This document shows, piece after piece, positions 36,441 to 46,648 of a stretch of 64,000 bases of DNA (position 1 is its first letter; each line of letters begins with the position of its first letter). Under the pieces are notes generated by a model. It searched no databases, was not told where the DNA came from, and worked only from the letters and a program-made list of their open reading frames with translations. The stretch is from an uncultured Bdellovibrionales bacterium (GTDB lineage: Bacteria > Bdellovibrionota_C > UBA2361 > OMII01): positions 8,068-72,067 of the forward strand of contig CAYPUA010000012.1 in the NCBI GenBank assembly GCA_964413875.1, read 5' to 3'. The position numbers and the translations under genes were made by a program.

Positions 36441-37924
36441 ACGAACCGGAAGGTAGAGCCGCTCTTTGAGTCGAGGATCTCAACTCCCCGAAGAGCAGCT
36501 TCTTTGCGGATCTCGTCGCTGCGCGCGAAGTTCTTCGCTGCTCGGACCTCTGCGCGCTCACGCAGAAGCTCCGCGATCTCTTCTCGTGACAGCGGAGGCA
36601 CGCCGAGAATGCTCGCGACCAGTCCAAGCCCCTGAGTCTCGACTGCCTCAAGCGAGTCGAAGAAGAGCCCCAAGATCCTGCCAAGCTCAACCACGAGCTT
36701 CGTCATTCCCGCTACCTGCTCTGAGGTCGCTTTTCCTGAGTCGAGCTGCTGTGCGATTGCTGTCCGCGCCTTTTCGAGAGCAACGAGAGCCTCGGGCGAG
36801 TTGAAGTCGTTGTCCATCGCCGCCTCAAACGACTCGATTAGAGCCTTGGCCTCCGGCGAAGAGGTGTCAGCTGTTGCAGCATCGAGCCCTGGCACTCGCG
36901 CGAAGAGCCGGTGGAAGTCGAGCAGAGCGTTCAGGTTGTCACGGAAGAGCTTGTCGCTCAGATCTATGCCTGAACGGTAGTGGTGCCGTGCCACCACGAA
37001 GCGAAACGGCGCTGGGCCGTACTTCTGCAGCCCGTCAACGAGAGTCGTGAAATTATTGAGGGACTTCGACATTTTCTGCCCCTCGATGTTGAGCAGCCCG
37101 CCGTGCATCCAGACATTCGCGAATCCGTTGCCTGAGTAAGCCTCCGATTGCGCTATCTCGTTTTCGTGGTGTGGGAACTTTAAGTCGAGCCCTCCCCCGT
37201 GGATATCGATCCGGTCTCCGAGCGTCTCGTGAATCATTGCTGAGCACTCGATGTGCCACCCCGGACGGCCAACGCCCCACGGCGAGGGCTGCGACAACGA
37301 CGTGCTCTCGTCTCTCTTCCACAGCGCAAAGTCGAGCGGAGAACGCTTCTCTTTGTCTAGCTCCTTGCGCACGCTCTCGTACAGCATCGAGGTGTTCTGG
37401 TTTGAGAGCTTCCCGTAGTCACCCTTCTTGGAGACCTCAAAGTAAACGTTCCCCTCTGGAGTGACGTACGCGAAACCTTTGTCGATTAGCCCCTGAATGA
37501 AAGCTACGATCTGCGGCACGAACTCCGTCACGCGCGTGAGCTTCTCAACTGGCAGGCCGTGCATCCGGTCGACGAGCGCATAGAACTCATCTGTGTAGCC
37601 GCGCGTCATGGCGAGCGGGTCCTGGCCAGTCTTGAGAACCTTGTCGATGATCTTGTCGTCGATGTCAGTCACGTTCTGGACGAAGTTCACAGCGAGGCGG
37701 CGGTAGGCAAGGTACCGGCGAACGATATCGAACCTGGCGGAGTTAAGCCCGTGGCCGAGGTGGCTCTGGTCCTGCGGAGTGAGCCCGCAGACGTACATCT
37801 TTACTTCGGGCGCGTTCGGGGATGGGTCGATCGGGTCGAGCTGCTCTTTGCGGCCGGCCAGTGTGTTGTAGACAGAGATCTGGCGTGGGCTGCTTCGGTA
37901 CTCGTGGGCGCTGCGTAGGGTCAT
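36437..37924 (-). CDS. cysS: Cysteine--tRNA ligase.
   Basis: 'HLGH' (as 'DQSHLGHGL') and 'KMSKS' class-I motifs. CysRS-like anticodon-binding C-terminus. Confidence 0.95.
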   Translation of the reverse strand: MTLRSAHEYRSSPRQISVYNTLAGRKEQLDPIDPSPNAPEVKMYVCGLTPQDQSHLGHGLNSARFDIVRRYLAYRRLAVNFVQNVTDIDDKIIDKVLKTGQDPLAMTRGYTDEFYALVDRMHGLPVEKLTRVTEFVPQIVAFIQGLIDKGFAYVTPEGNVYFEVSKKGDYGKLSNQNTSMLYESVRKELDKEKRSPLDFALWKRDESTSLSQPSPWGVGRPGWHIECSAMIHETLGDRIDIHGGGLDLKFPHHENEIAQSEAYSGNGFANVWMHGGLLNIEGQKMSKSLNNFTTLVDGLQKYGPAPFRFVVARHHYRSGIDLSDKLFRDNLNALLDFHRLFARVPGLDAATADTSSPEAKALIESFEAAMDNDFNSPEALVALEKARTAIAQQLDSGKATSEQVAGMTKLVVELGRILGLFFDSLEAVETQGLGLVASILGVPPLSREEIAELLRERAEVRAAKNFARSDEIRKEAALRGVEILDSKSGSTFRFV

Positions 37925-38002
37925 AAAGCTTGATGGCCTAAATGGCTACGGAATCGTAGCAGCAAAGCCACTTTTTTCCCATCCCATCTGAGGGGTCGGA
38001 AG

Positions 38003-38806
38003 CTAGGAGACCGCCGCCTCGGGCAACGCCTGAACATTACGCATCAAGCGCTTCGGGATTGTGATCTCCTCGCCTAACCGCAGAGGGCTTGTTGGCGAGC
38101 GTCGGCTGGCGCTGGCGATTGCGGACACATTCTTGGGGTCTTCCGTGTACCAGTCGGCGAGCAGCCTAAGCGTCTCGCCGCGGAAGGTGACCCGGTGGCG
38201 GTAGTCGCCGTTCGGGAGCCTTACGAGCCGGGCCTCTTCTGCAGCCTGCGGAGGCTTGAGTCGCCCTCTGAGCTCTTGCTCACCCGGAGCCGTGGATGCG
38301 CGCGCGGACGCAACCGGAGGCGCGGCTGCGGGCTCGCTCGCAAGTTCAGTACGACGCACGGGCACCGCTGTCTCTGATGCCGAGATGCTTAGCCCCGCCT
38401 GGGCCATCTGCGACGTGATCGCATCCCGTTCGTTAGCCTGGATCTTCTCTGCTCCAGCAGGATCCCAATCTGACGACCATCGAGTGAAGAGGAACCGCTT
38501 GTTTTCGCTGGGGTAGTACAGCGCGAGCCGGGCCGAGCGCAGGAAGCGGTTGTCGAGGCTAATCGCCGATGGCTCGCCGTGCTTGACGATAAAATCCGAG
38601 AGCGTAGCGCTCTCAGCGCGCTGCTGTTGCAGGAAAGCATCGGCAGGAAGGTCGGCATTGCCATCTCCGAGCACAACCGGCCCCCGATCATCGAGCCTCA
38701 TTTGAAGCTGCGAAACGGTGATCGGTCCTGGCCCGCAGGCGAGCACAGAAGTCATGAGCGTGAGCACACAGAGAAAGCGACGCGGCGTGTCGGGAGAAGT
38801 TTGCAT
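38003..38806 (-). CDS. Lipoprotein with a C-terminal LysM-like domain.
   Basis: Lipobox 'SVLACG'. C-terminal 'YRHRVTFRGETLRLLADWYT...LRLGEEITIP' is LysM-like. Confidence 0.5.
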   Translation of the reverse strand: MQTSPDTPRRFLCVLTLMTSVLACGPGPITVSQLQMRLDDRGPVVLGDGNADLPADAFLQQQRAESATLSDFIVKHGEPSAISLDNRFLRSARLALYYPSENKRFLFTRWSSDWDPAGAEKIQANERDAITSQMAQAGLSISASETAVPVRRTELASEPAAAPPVASARASTAPGEQELRGRLKPPQAAEEARLVRLPNGDYRHRVTFRGETLRLLADWYTEDPKNVSAIASASRRSPTSPLRLGEEITIPKRLMRNVQALPEAAVS

Positions 38807-39046
38807 AGCCTAGCCGAAATGATGTTTGAGGCTCTTCCGTTCTATCACGGCACATATTCGCAGAAGAAGCTCAATTTTTGACGGCAGCCGGGGCGGAGGG
38901 CGATTGGATTTGGGGAGGGGAATTTTCACAAAGAGTCCGGCGAGAGCAGCGAGGGCTGGGACCATATAGAGGACGGCCCCACTCGCCGCTCTCGCTGCTC
39001 TCTTTGTGAACAAACCCGGCAAGGAGCGTAGCCCCCTTAAGCCTCC

Positions 39047-40897
39047 CTACTCCTCAAAAGCAGCAAGCTGCTCACCAAAGAGCTTCTCAACCTCTTCAGC
39101 CTTGCGGACAGAATCCTCCCAGGAGGAAAGCTGCTCCGCGAGCTCCTTCTCTGCCCGGGCTAGCTCCTGCGATGCCGACTTTATTCCGGCTGCGTCGCCG
39201 GACGAAGAAGCTTTTGCGAGGCTCTCGTGCGCTGCTGCGACCTGCTTCTCAAGGCTAGCAATTCCCTTCTCAAGGGCTGCAACTTGCTCCTTGAGCGGCG
39301 TGAGCTGGCGCGAGCGCTCTTGGAGCACTTCCGCCTTTTCGCGCTTCTGCTCTCGCCCCTTCGCTGCTGATGGCTTTGACTTCTTCTTTCCTCGCGGAAC
39401 GAGGTCAGCTTCCTCCTCCCAGCCTATGCTGTCGAGGAACTCGTCGTACGTCCCCTCAAAAAGAAACGGCTGCTCCCCCTGAAACACGATCAGCCGCTGA
39501 GCCACTCGACGCAGGATGTCCTCGTTGTGGGTAACGATAACGACGGCTCCATCAAACTCCTCAAGCGCGTCAGTGAGTGACATCACTGACTCTACATCGA
39601 GGTGGTTGGTGGGCTCGTCGAGAAGAAGCATGTTACTCGGCGTCGCTAGAATTTTCCCCAGAAGCACGCGGCTGCGCTCTCCTCCCGACAGCACGGAGAT
39701 CTTCTTCAAGGCATCGTCACCCTCAAACATCATGCAGCCGCAGATAGCTCGCACTGCCGTGCGGCTGAGCTTCTCGTTTACCTGCTGAATCTCTGACTCG
39801 ATCGTGCTTGAGAGGTTCAGCCGATTGGTGTTCGTCTGGGCAAAGAACGACATGCTGGTGTTGGGGCTGACTGCTATTTCGCCGTTCTGGGGCTGAAGCT
39901 CGCCGGCTAGGAGCTTGAGCAGGGTGGATTTTCCCCGGCCGTTTTTCCCGATCACCGCGACGCGGTCATCTCGCTTGAGGGCGAAGCTGAGGCCATTAAC
40001 GAGCGGTCTCGCCATTCCGTCGAAGCCAAAAGAGATCTCCTTTGCTTCGATCGGAAACCTGCCGGGGAATGGCTTGTGCACGAACGCGAAATCGAGCGTT
40101 GCCTCGCTTGACAGCTCGTCGAGCCGCTCAATCTTTGCGAGCGCCTTCACGCGCGACTGCACAACCGTTGCCTTGCTCGCCTTCGCCTTAAAGCGGTTAA
40201 TAAAGGACTCCATCCGCTTAATCTCTTTCTCGCGGTTGGCCCTAGTGCGCTCGTAGAGCGCTTCATCCTCCGCGATCCGCTCGAAGAGCTTCATCGAATC
40301 ACCCTCAAGCTTGCGGAAGCCTCCTCGGTAGAGAAGAGCTGAGTGAGTGCTCACAGCATCACAGAAAGCGCGGTCGTGCGAGATAACGATCATCTCGCCC
40401 GGCCACTCTCGGAGGTAACGCTCAAGCCAGCGCAACGAGACGATGTCGAGGTAGTTGGTAGGCTCGTCAAGAAGCAGCAGGTTCGGCTCATCGAGGATCA
40501 GCTTGGCGAGGTTGATGCGGATCTGGAAGCCTCCGGAGAGAGCCGTCGGAGAGAGCGCCAGCTCGGCATCCGAGAAGCCTAAGCCGTTGAGCACTATCTC
40601 GGCCTTGTACTGCTCTGCAACCGGATCCCCGCGCAGCGCGAGGCAAGCCTCCTCAAGAACGCTCGGAGCGGAGAAGGAGAGGTGCTGCTTGAGGTAACCG
40701 ATGCGGTACCCCTTGGGAACGCTGACATCACCGTCATCAGGTGTGTCTTCTCCGGCGATGATCTTGAGCAGCGTCGACTTACCGGAGCCGTTGCGGCCGA
40801 ACAACGCCACGCGCTCACCTGAGCCAACCGTAAGTGTTGCTCCTGAAAAGAGCACGCGATCGCCGAACTGTTTTTCGATATTGCTTACTTGCAGCAC
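39047..40897 (-). CDS. ABC-F family ATPase (tandem ABC domains, no TMD; EttA/Uup-like).
   Basis: Two Walker A sites ('GRNGSGKST', 'GKNGRGKST'), two ABC signatures ('LSGGFQ', 'LSGGERSR'), and a coiled-coil C-terminal extension. Confidence 0.9.
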   Translation of the reverse strand: MLQVSNIEKQFGDRVLFSGATLTVGSGERVALFGRNGSGKSTLLKIIAGEDTPDDGDVSVPKGYRIGYLKQHLSFSAPSVLEEACLALRGDPVAEQYKAEIVLNGLGFSDAELALSPTALSGGFQIRINLAKLILDEPNLLLLDEPTNYLDIVSLRWLERYLREWPGEMIVISHDRAFCDAVSTHSALLYRGGFRKLEGDSMKLFERIAEDEALYERTRANREKEIKRMESFINRFKAKASKATVVQSRVKALAKIERLDELSSEATLDFAFVHKPFPGRFPIEAKEISFGFDGMARPLVNGLSFALKRDDRVAVIGKNGRGKSTLLKLLAGELQPQNGEIAVSPNTSMSFFAQTNTNRLNLSSTIESEIQQVNEKLSRTAVRAICGCMMFEGDDALKKISVLSGGERSRVLLGKILATPSNMLLLDEPTNHLDVESVMSLTDALEEFDGAVVIVTHNEDILRRVAQRLIVFQGEQPFLFEGTYDEFLDSIGWEEEADLVPRGKKKSKPSAAKGREQKREKAEVLQERSRQLTPLKEQVAALEKGIASLEKQVAAAHESLAKASSSGDAAGIKSASQELARAEKELAEQLSSWEDSVRKAEEVEKLFGEQLAAFEE

Positions 40898-41130
40898 TGG
40901 GACCTTTCACGAAACGAACAAGCCTGAGGAGCATAGCGGAAAACTCTCTCTGTTTCGAATCCGGGGGCGTTTTTAGGCACGACTCGCCCAATTTTTCGCC
41001 TCAATCGCCCCTGGAACGTCAAAAAATAAGGGCAAGCAGACCGGCTTGCGGCTTTCCCCAACGCCGTAATCACCGCTGGGCCCCTTTTCCGCCTTTGACA
41101 CGGGCAACTTACAGCTCCTACACTTTGGTC

Positions 41131-42573
41131 GTGTCATTTCGACCCACAAGGCTTTTATTTGCTCTCGCTGCGGCAGCCGCTCTTGTGACGAGTGGGCACA
41201 ACTTGGTTGAACGGGCCGTCGAGCCATCGAGCTCTGCCACCGGGTATGATCTTTCCGAGCTGGCACAGGGGATGAACGTCGTGCTGGTGGTCTTCGACAC
41301 CACGCCCGGCAAGAGCCTTGACCTGCTCGACCCGAAAAGCGCGCCCCTCCTCTCGCGCTACGCGAAAGAGGGCGTTGTCTTCACGAAAGCCTACGCGGCG
41401 GCTCCTTGGACGCGGCCTGCGGTAGCTTCCATCCTTACCGGCTACCACCCGAAAGTGCACGGCGTCCGAGAGTTCACCTCGTGGTACAACCCTGGCGTCG
41501 TGACACTCGGGCAGATGCTTAGTCTTCATGGGTACGAGACTGTGGGCTTCGTCAGTCACTGGCTCCTCTCGCAGGCCACCACCTTTAAGCAAGGGTTCTC
41601 GCGGCTTGAGCTCATTGACGGAGGAACCGAATCAAATGTGATTCTCTCTTCTCCCGCTGTCGCAAAGTCAGCCGCATCGTTCATTCAGGAGCGTGCCCCG
41701 CGAAAGAGCAGTGAGCACTTCTTCCTCTTGGCGCACTTCTTCGATCCGCACTTCTTCTACCTGCACCATCCCGATCTCGATCGCTCTTCCTGGTACAAGG
41801 GCCCCTTGCGCGACACTACGCCGTTTGCCCAGATTGATAGCAGCTACCAAACGTACGAAAGGAACGACTTCTCTTTTCTGCGCGACCTGCACCTTGAAGA
41901 GGTGTCTTTCACCGAGCTGCATGTTGACCGCATCTTCCAGGCAATCAAGGCATCGCCGTATGTCGACAATACTGTTGTAATAGTCGTCGCCGACCACGGA
42001 GAAGAGTTCCACGAGCACGGGGCGATGTGGCACGGTCACTCGATGTACGATGAAGTGCTTCGTGTCCCTCTCATGATCTGGGCACCAAAGAAGCTGAAGC
42101 CCGCTGTTGTGTCCCGTTGGGTCTCTGCCATGGACATCGTTCCAACCCTGGTGAACGTCAAAGAAGCCATGAGCAGCCGAAAGTTTTTCGGCGAGTCGCT
42201 GCTCTCCGAGCCCACCGGCAGGCCCCGTTGGCTATACGCTGAAGTCGGAGACAATACAGAGAAACCGGAGCGCAACCTGAACGCTATCCTCCGGGAGCCT
42301 CTGAAATTCATCGTCAACCGCAACGAGAAGTGGGAAGGGCTGTTCGACCTCTCGGCTGACCCAGAGGAACTCAACAACTTGGCTGCTGATGCTCAGCTCG
42401 TCGCCCCTTTTAAGGCGGAGCTTGATGCATCCATCAAAGAGCTGGCGGCTTTTTTGCCCCAGAACGGAGCAGCTGCAGCTCCCCTTTCCGCGAAACAGGT
42501 TCGGGAGCTTCGCTCTCTGGGCTACCTGAGTGAAGCCAAAGTCCCTGGGGACCCAGCCCCAGCGCCTCAATAG
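41131..42573 (+). CDS. Sulfatase-family (alkaline-phosphatase superfamily) secreted protein.
   Basis: Start set at GTG 41131 so that a signal peptide 'RPTRLLFALAAAAALVTSG' is present. Sulfatase-like core: 'VVFDTTPG', 'TKAYAAAPWTRPAVASILTGY', 'VVADHGEEFHEHG'. The canonical C/S-x-P-x-R formylglycine motif is not evident. Confidence 0.75.
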   Translation: MSFRPTRLLFALAAAAALVTSGHNLVERAVEPSSSATGYDLSELAQGMNVVLVVFDTTPGKSLDLLDPKSAPLLSRYAKEGVVFTKAYAAAPWTRPAVASILTGYHPKVHGVREFTSWYNPGVVTLGQMLSLHGYETVGFVSHWLLSQATTFKQGFSRLELIDGGTESNVILSSPAVAKSAASFIQERAPRKSSEHFFLLAHFFDPHFFYLHHPDLDRSSWYKGPLRDTTPFAQIDSSYQTYERNDFSFLRDLHLEEVSFTELHVDRIFQAIKASPYVDNTVVIVVADHGEEFHEHGAMWHGHSMYDEVLRVPLMIWAPKKLKPAVVSRWVSAMDIVPTLVNVKEAMSSRKFFGESLLSEPTGRPRWLYAEVGDNTEKPERNLNAILREPLKFIVNRNEKWEGLFDLSADPEELNNLAADAQLVAPFKAELDASIKELAAFLPQNGAAAAPLSAKQVRELRSLGYLSEAKVPGDPAPAPQ

Positions 42574-42673
42574 AAACCGGAGACGACTTTGGCGGTTTCT
42601 AGGCATGGGGCGATCTGGTAGGACAGGGACAGCTCCTGTAACCCCAGGCTATCAACTTTTCGAGGGATCTCGC

Positions 42674-43492
42674 ATGGCATCTTCTCCGGTCTCTTTCAGC
42701 GACGCGTTCTCTGCTTGTGTCGAAAACTTTAAGACAGCCTTCGGCAGCATTAAGCCACGTATCGGAAGCTGCCTTATGCTAGCCGTGCCCTTCGCCATCA
42801 TTTGTTTCATGCTGGCTCTCGTCATCCTTGGCGGATCCCTGGCTGCAGGCGTCAGTGCTGTTGGCGGCAATGCGGATGAAGAGACCGCGGTCGTCGCAGT
42901 AATCATGTCGCTGATCGTGGGGATCGGATTGTTCTTAGTTGCTATCACTCCCTTTGCAGCCTACTTTGGATTCTGCTCCGTCCGATTCATCTCTCACGCC
43001 TCCGCAAATCCTTCGCGGACTTTTACCTTTGGCTCTCTTTACGCTTACGATTCGTCGCTGTGGGGTTTCCTTGGTCTCGGATTTTTGCAGCTGTTGATTG
43101 GAGCTTTGGCGAGCGTAGCAGCGGGCCTCGTGTGTGCAGTACTCTTCTTCCTTCTGGGGCTGCCCGCGTACCCGATATACTTTTTCTGGCTTGTTTTTTG
43201 GGCATGCTCAGCTTTCGCTTTTTTCGACTCGCCAAGCTCAGGGGTCAGTGCTGCGCTCTCGCGCGGCTGGTCACTCACAACTCGAGACTGGAAGCGTTGG
43301 CTCGCGATGTCGATCGTCATGATTGGCGCAGTAATTGCTTACCTCATCATCAACCTCGCGCTGTCTTTTACTGTTGGCCTCATCCCGATCCTTGGACAGA
43401 TTGCGGTCACTGTCGTCAGCATCCTGGTCAATTTCTTCTTCCTATTTGTGCTCTGCAGTGCGTACCGTGACAGTGCCGCGAGCCCAGGGTAA
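42674..43492 (+). CDS. Hypothetical polytopic membrane protein.
   Basis: Start trimmed to ATG 42674 ('MASSPVSF'). 6-7 TM helices. Confidence 0.5.
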   Translation: MASSPVSFSDAFSACVENFKTAFGSIKPRIGSCLMLAVPFAIICFMLALVILGGSLAAGVSAVGGNADEETAVVAVIMSLIVGIGLFLVAITPFAAYFGFCSVRFISHASANPSRTFTFGSLYAYDSSLWGFLGLGFLQLLIGALASVAAGLVCAVLFFLLGLPAYPIYFFWLVFWACSAFAFFDSPSSGVSAALSRGWSLTTRDWKRWLAMSIVMIGAVIAYLIINLALSFTVGLIPILGQIAVTVVSILVNFFFLFVLCSAYRDSAASPG

Positions 43493-43532
43493 CGCTCTCA
43501 ACTGCCGTCGGGCAGGGCATCTCACCGCGAGC

Positions 43533-45134
43533 CTAGCGCCCGCTAGTTTTGGGACCGGCGGCGAGGGCTTGTAGCGTGGCAGCCGAATCTGCTTCCTCAA
43601 CAGGCTTGTCCCTGCGCCAGCGAAGAATTCGCGGGAAGCGCACGGCCACTCCCGCCTTGTGGCGACGCGAGGGCTGAATCCCCTCGAAAGCTATTTCGAA
43701 CACAAGCCGCGGCTCCACCGTTCGCACCGGACCAAACTTCTCTTTCGTGTGGCGCTTTACAAAGGCGTCCACCTCTCGAATCTCTGCGTCAGTGAGTCCT
43801 GAGTAGGCTTTAGCGAAAGGCACCAGCTCGCCGTCTCGCCAAACCGCAAAGGTGTAGTCTGAGTACAGCCCCGCTCTCCTGCCGTGACCACGCTGAGCGT
43901 ACACCAGAACTCCGTCAACCGTGAGCGGATTGGCTTTCCACTTCCACCACGCGCCCCGCTTCCGCCCGACACCGTAGGGAGAACTGAGTGCCTTAATCAT
44001 CACCCCTTCAGCTCCCCGTTCGCGAGCCGACTGCCGCAGCTCATCGAGGTGCTGCCAACTCGAAAACGTCACAGCTTCCGAGAGACGCAGTGCGCCATTC
44101 GTCGCCGACAGCTCGCGGAGGATGCCTTCCAACCGCTGTCGCCTCTCGCCAAGCGGTGCCTCACGCAGGTCAACCGAGGCACATTCGAGGATATCGTAGG
44201 CGATGAATCCAACCGGTATCGAGGCGAGGAGCGCAGCGGAGATGCGCTTGCGATTCAGGCGCTGCTGGAGGAGCGCGAAATCAGCCGCCTCGCCACCACG
44301 AAGCGCTACTATCTCTCCGTCGAGCACCGTCCCCTCAGGGAGGCAGCGCGCAAGTTCGACAAGCTCCGGGAAGCTCTCAGAGACAAGCTCCTCGCCCCGC
44401 GACCAGATAGCCACTGCCCCTGCGCGCTTTACTATCTGTGCGCGAATACCGTCCCACTTCCACTCGGCGAGCCACTCCTCGGGGCTCCCCAAGGCTGCTG
44501 GGTCCCCCTCAATCGGGTGCGCCAAGTAAAAGGGGTATGGCGAGAGGTCACTCTCTGACTGAAGCGGCTCTCTTAAACGCTCAAGGCTCAGTGTGGCCGG
44601 CTCGCGGTTAGAGAGCAGCCGCTGTGCAACGAGCGATTCCTCAACGCCTGCTGCTGCCGCCAAGGCTTTGTTCACGAGACCTCGCGATACGCCGATACGC
44701 AGGCCGCCGGTGATGAGCTTGTTGAAAACGAGTCTCTCGTGCTCCGGCATCTGTCGCCAGGCCTGCGCGATCTCTCGCTTCCGTTCATCGAGGGGAAGCT
44801 GCCGGAGCGACTGCAGCATCTCCGTCCAGCGTGCTAACGAATTGCTCTCCGTGCTCTCGCCCCCCGGGACCAGCTTGGCAATTGTCTCTGCAAGATCGCC
44901 CACGATCTGGTACGATTCATCGATAAGCCAGAGAGGGAGCCCCGAAACTTCCGCGCACAGCTCTCGAAGCTGCTTGGATGAGAGGGCGCGCTCAACTTTT
45001 CCTCCTCGCAGCACGTACACGGCTGCGGCAAGATCAGCCGGCGTTACTGTGCGAAAATGCTCCGCGAGAAGCCGCACCTTCTCCGAGGTGCTCGATGTGT
45101 CGCTCAACGCATGGTATAGTTCGGCGAATCTCAT
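43533..45134 (-). CDS. ATP-dependent DNA ligase (ligase-associated DNA-damage 'Lad' type).
   Basis: Motif I 'EWKWDGIRAQ', an OB-fold domain, and a typical LigB-like N-terminus. Its start overlaps the stop of the upstream exonuclease gene (ATGA). Confidence 0.85.
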   Translation of the reverse strand: MRFAELYHALSDTSSTSEKVRLLAEHFRTVTPADLAAAVYVLRGGKVERALSSKQLRELCAEVSGLPLWLIDESYQIVGDLAETIAKLVPGGESTESNSLARWTEMLQSLRQLPLDERKREIAQAWRQMPEHERLVFNKLITGGLRIGVSRGLVNKALAAAAGVEESLVAQRLLSNREPATLSLERLREPLQSESDLSPYPFYLAHPIEGDPAALGSPEEWLAEWKWDGIRAQIVKRAGAVAIWSRGEELVSESFPELVELARCLPEGTVLDGEIVALRGGEAADFALLQQRLNRKRISAALLASIPVGFIAYDILECASVDLREAPLGERRQRLEGILRELSATNGALRLSEAVTFSSWQHLDELRQSARERGAEGVMIKALSSPYGVGRKRGAWWKWKANPLTVDGVLVYAQRGHGRRAGLYSDYTFAVWRDGELVPFAKAYSGLTDAEIREVDAFVKRHTKEKFGPVRTVEPRLVFEIAFEGIQPSRRHKAGVAVRFPRILRWRRDKPVEEADSAATLQALAAGPKTSGR

Positions 45135-46126
45135 TACTGCTCCTCTGCGCCCTCTGTGCCGTAGGAGGTCCCTAGCTCACTCGCGTCTAAGCCCTGCTCC
45201 GCAAGCCACTTTGCGAAGGGTGCCGTATATCCGTGAGTGAGCAAGACCCGACTCGCACCCGTCGCTCGGACAGCGCTCGTAAGGCTCTTAAAGTCCGCGT
45301 GGTCGGAGAGCACGAAGCCCTTCTCAATGCCGCGCCGACGGCGCATGCCTCGAATCGCCATCCAGCCGGAGAGCGCCGCTAGCGAATACGGCGCAAAACG
45401 ATTGAGCCAAGAGCCACCAACCACCGCTGGCGGAACGACCACGAGCGCTCCTTTGGCGCGAGTCTCCGCCGACGCCCGCTCGAGACCAGAGAGGTCAAAT
45501 CCCAGCGCCTCGCACATCGCCCACACCGCCGAATGAACTACAACGCGGCCGGCTGACCTATCGATGTGCCCCAACAGGCGCTGTGCTTTCCCCAAAGCGT
45601 ACGCACTGACTACTGAATTCACTCCCTCAGACTGGTTTCTCTTCCACCAATCATGGAGCTCAGCAAAAACTTCTGTCTGGGGACGCCACGCAAAGACCGG
45701 AAGGCCGAACGTGCACTCAGAAATGAACACGTCGCACCGAACAGCTTCGAAGGGCGCGGAAACTCCGTCATCTTCAGTTTTGTAATCACCACTGAAGACC
45801 CATCGCTCGCCATCCGATTCAGCCAGTATCTGTGCTGAGCCCGGAACGTGCCCGGCAGGAAAGAATGAGAATCGGACGCCGTTGATGGTTATTTCCTCTC
45901 CGTAATGAACACCCTGCACCTGGCCAGGAGATGTGCCGAGCCGGGCGTGAAGCAGCGGCGCTGTTGTGTGGTGGCACAGGTAGCTCTTTGAGCCCGGACG
46001 CGCATGATCAGAGTGCGCATGCGTTATGAGCGCGCGCTCAACGGGCTGCCAAGGGTCGAGGTACACTCCCGCTTTGGGGCAGTAGAGTCCCGCGGGAGAG
46101 ACTGTGAGTAGCGGCTCGCGTGTCAT
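45134..46126 (-). CDS. Ligase-associated DNA damage response exonuclease (metallo-beta-lactamase / beta-CASP fold).
   Basis: 'HAHSDH' MBL motif. Operon partner of the ATP-dependent ligase. Confidence 0.7.
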   Translation of the reverse strand: MTREPLLTVSPAGLYCPKAGVYLDPWQPVERALITHAHSDHARPGSKSYLCHHTTAPLLHARLGTSPGQVQGVHYGEEITINGVRFSFFPAGHVPGSAQILAESDGERWVFSGDYKTEDDGVSAPFEAVRCDVFISECTFGLPVFAWRPQTEVFAELHDWWKRNQSEGVNSVVSAYALGKAQRLLGHIDRSAGRVVVHSAVWAMCEALGFDLSGLERASAETRAKGALVVVPPAVVGGSWLNRFAPYSLAALSGWMAIRGMRRRRGIEKGFVLSDHADFKSLTSAVRATGASRVLLTHGYTAPFAKWLAEQGLDASELGTSYGTEGAEEQ

Positions 46127-46200
46127 CCTAAAATTCTACACCATCGTTGCACGGTGAAAAGGTGCCCCTCTCTCAGCCCCCTACAGCGAGGCCATCCCTC

Positions 46201-46343
46201 CCTCTTGATCCTAATCCTCCTCTTTCTCCTGCACCTGCAATACCTCCTGCTCATAATCAACCCCCCCGGCAGATTGCGCTCCACGTGAGTGCTGAGACAT
46301 CAGGATGAGGACGAGGACGGCAGTGCAGGTGCAGAAGGAGGAA
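46201..46343. repeat. Copy 1 of a ~143-bp tandemly duplicated element containing a long imperfect inverted repeat (hairpin).
   Basis: About 94% identical to copy 2 at 212-bp spacing. Arms 'ctcctgcacctgca' and 'tgcaggtgcag(a/g)aggag' flank a ~75-nt interior. Confidence 0.8.
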
Positions 46344-46412
46344 AAAGAGAGCAACGGCAGGGCATGTCTGCAGAAAGCATGTATCGTTTCAACGCATATT
46401 GCGGCGAAATCC

Positions 46413-46555
46413 CCTCTTAATCCTAATCCTTCTCTCTCTCCTGCACCTGCACCACCTCCTGCTCATAATCAACACCCCCGGCAGATTGCACTCCACGTGA
46501 GTGCTGAGACACCAGGATGAGGACGAGGACGGCAGTGCAGGTGCAGGAGGAGGAG
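46413..46555. repeat. Copy 2 of the ~143-bp hairpin-forming tandem repeat.
   Basis: See copy 1. It produces the spurious 'MRTRTAVQVQ' ORF starts in the ORF track. Confidence 0.8.
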
Positions 46556-46648
46556 GAGCAAGAGGAGGAGGAAGACGATGGTCAGGCGACTCCGCCCCTT
46601 TTTCACTCCTTTCACCGCTCAGCGCGCTCGCGTACACTTGAGAGCCTG

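Noticed and set aside
40834-41130. 5' extension of the sulfatase-family ORF.
   Set aside because: It overlaps the ABC-F gene on the other strand and lacks a signal peptide. GTG 41131 gives a canonical signal peptide.
46201-46555. Guanidine-II (mini-ykkC) or glycine riboswitch interpretation of the tandem repeats upstream of the EamA/DMT transporter.
   Set aside because: ACGA/ACGG strings are present, but they are not in GC-clamped hairpin loops, and the glycine-riboswitch core is absent. I cannot support a specific riboswitch class by eye.
46305-46648. ORFs beginning 'MRTRTAVQVQ' (46305..46520, and the 5' extension of 46517..47509).
   Set aside because: Both start inside the two copies of the tandem repeat, in identical repeat sequence. 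The acidic, low-complexity translation is not protein-like. The real EamA transporter start is ATG 46649.
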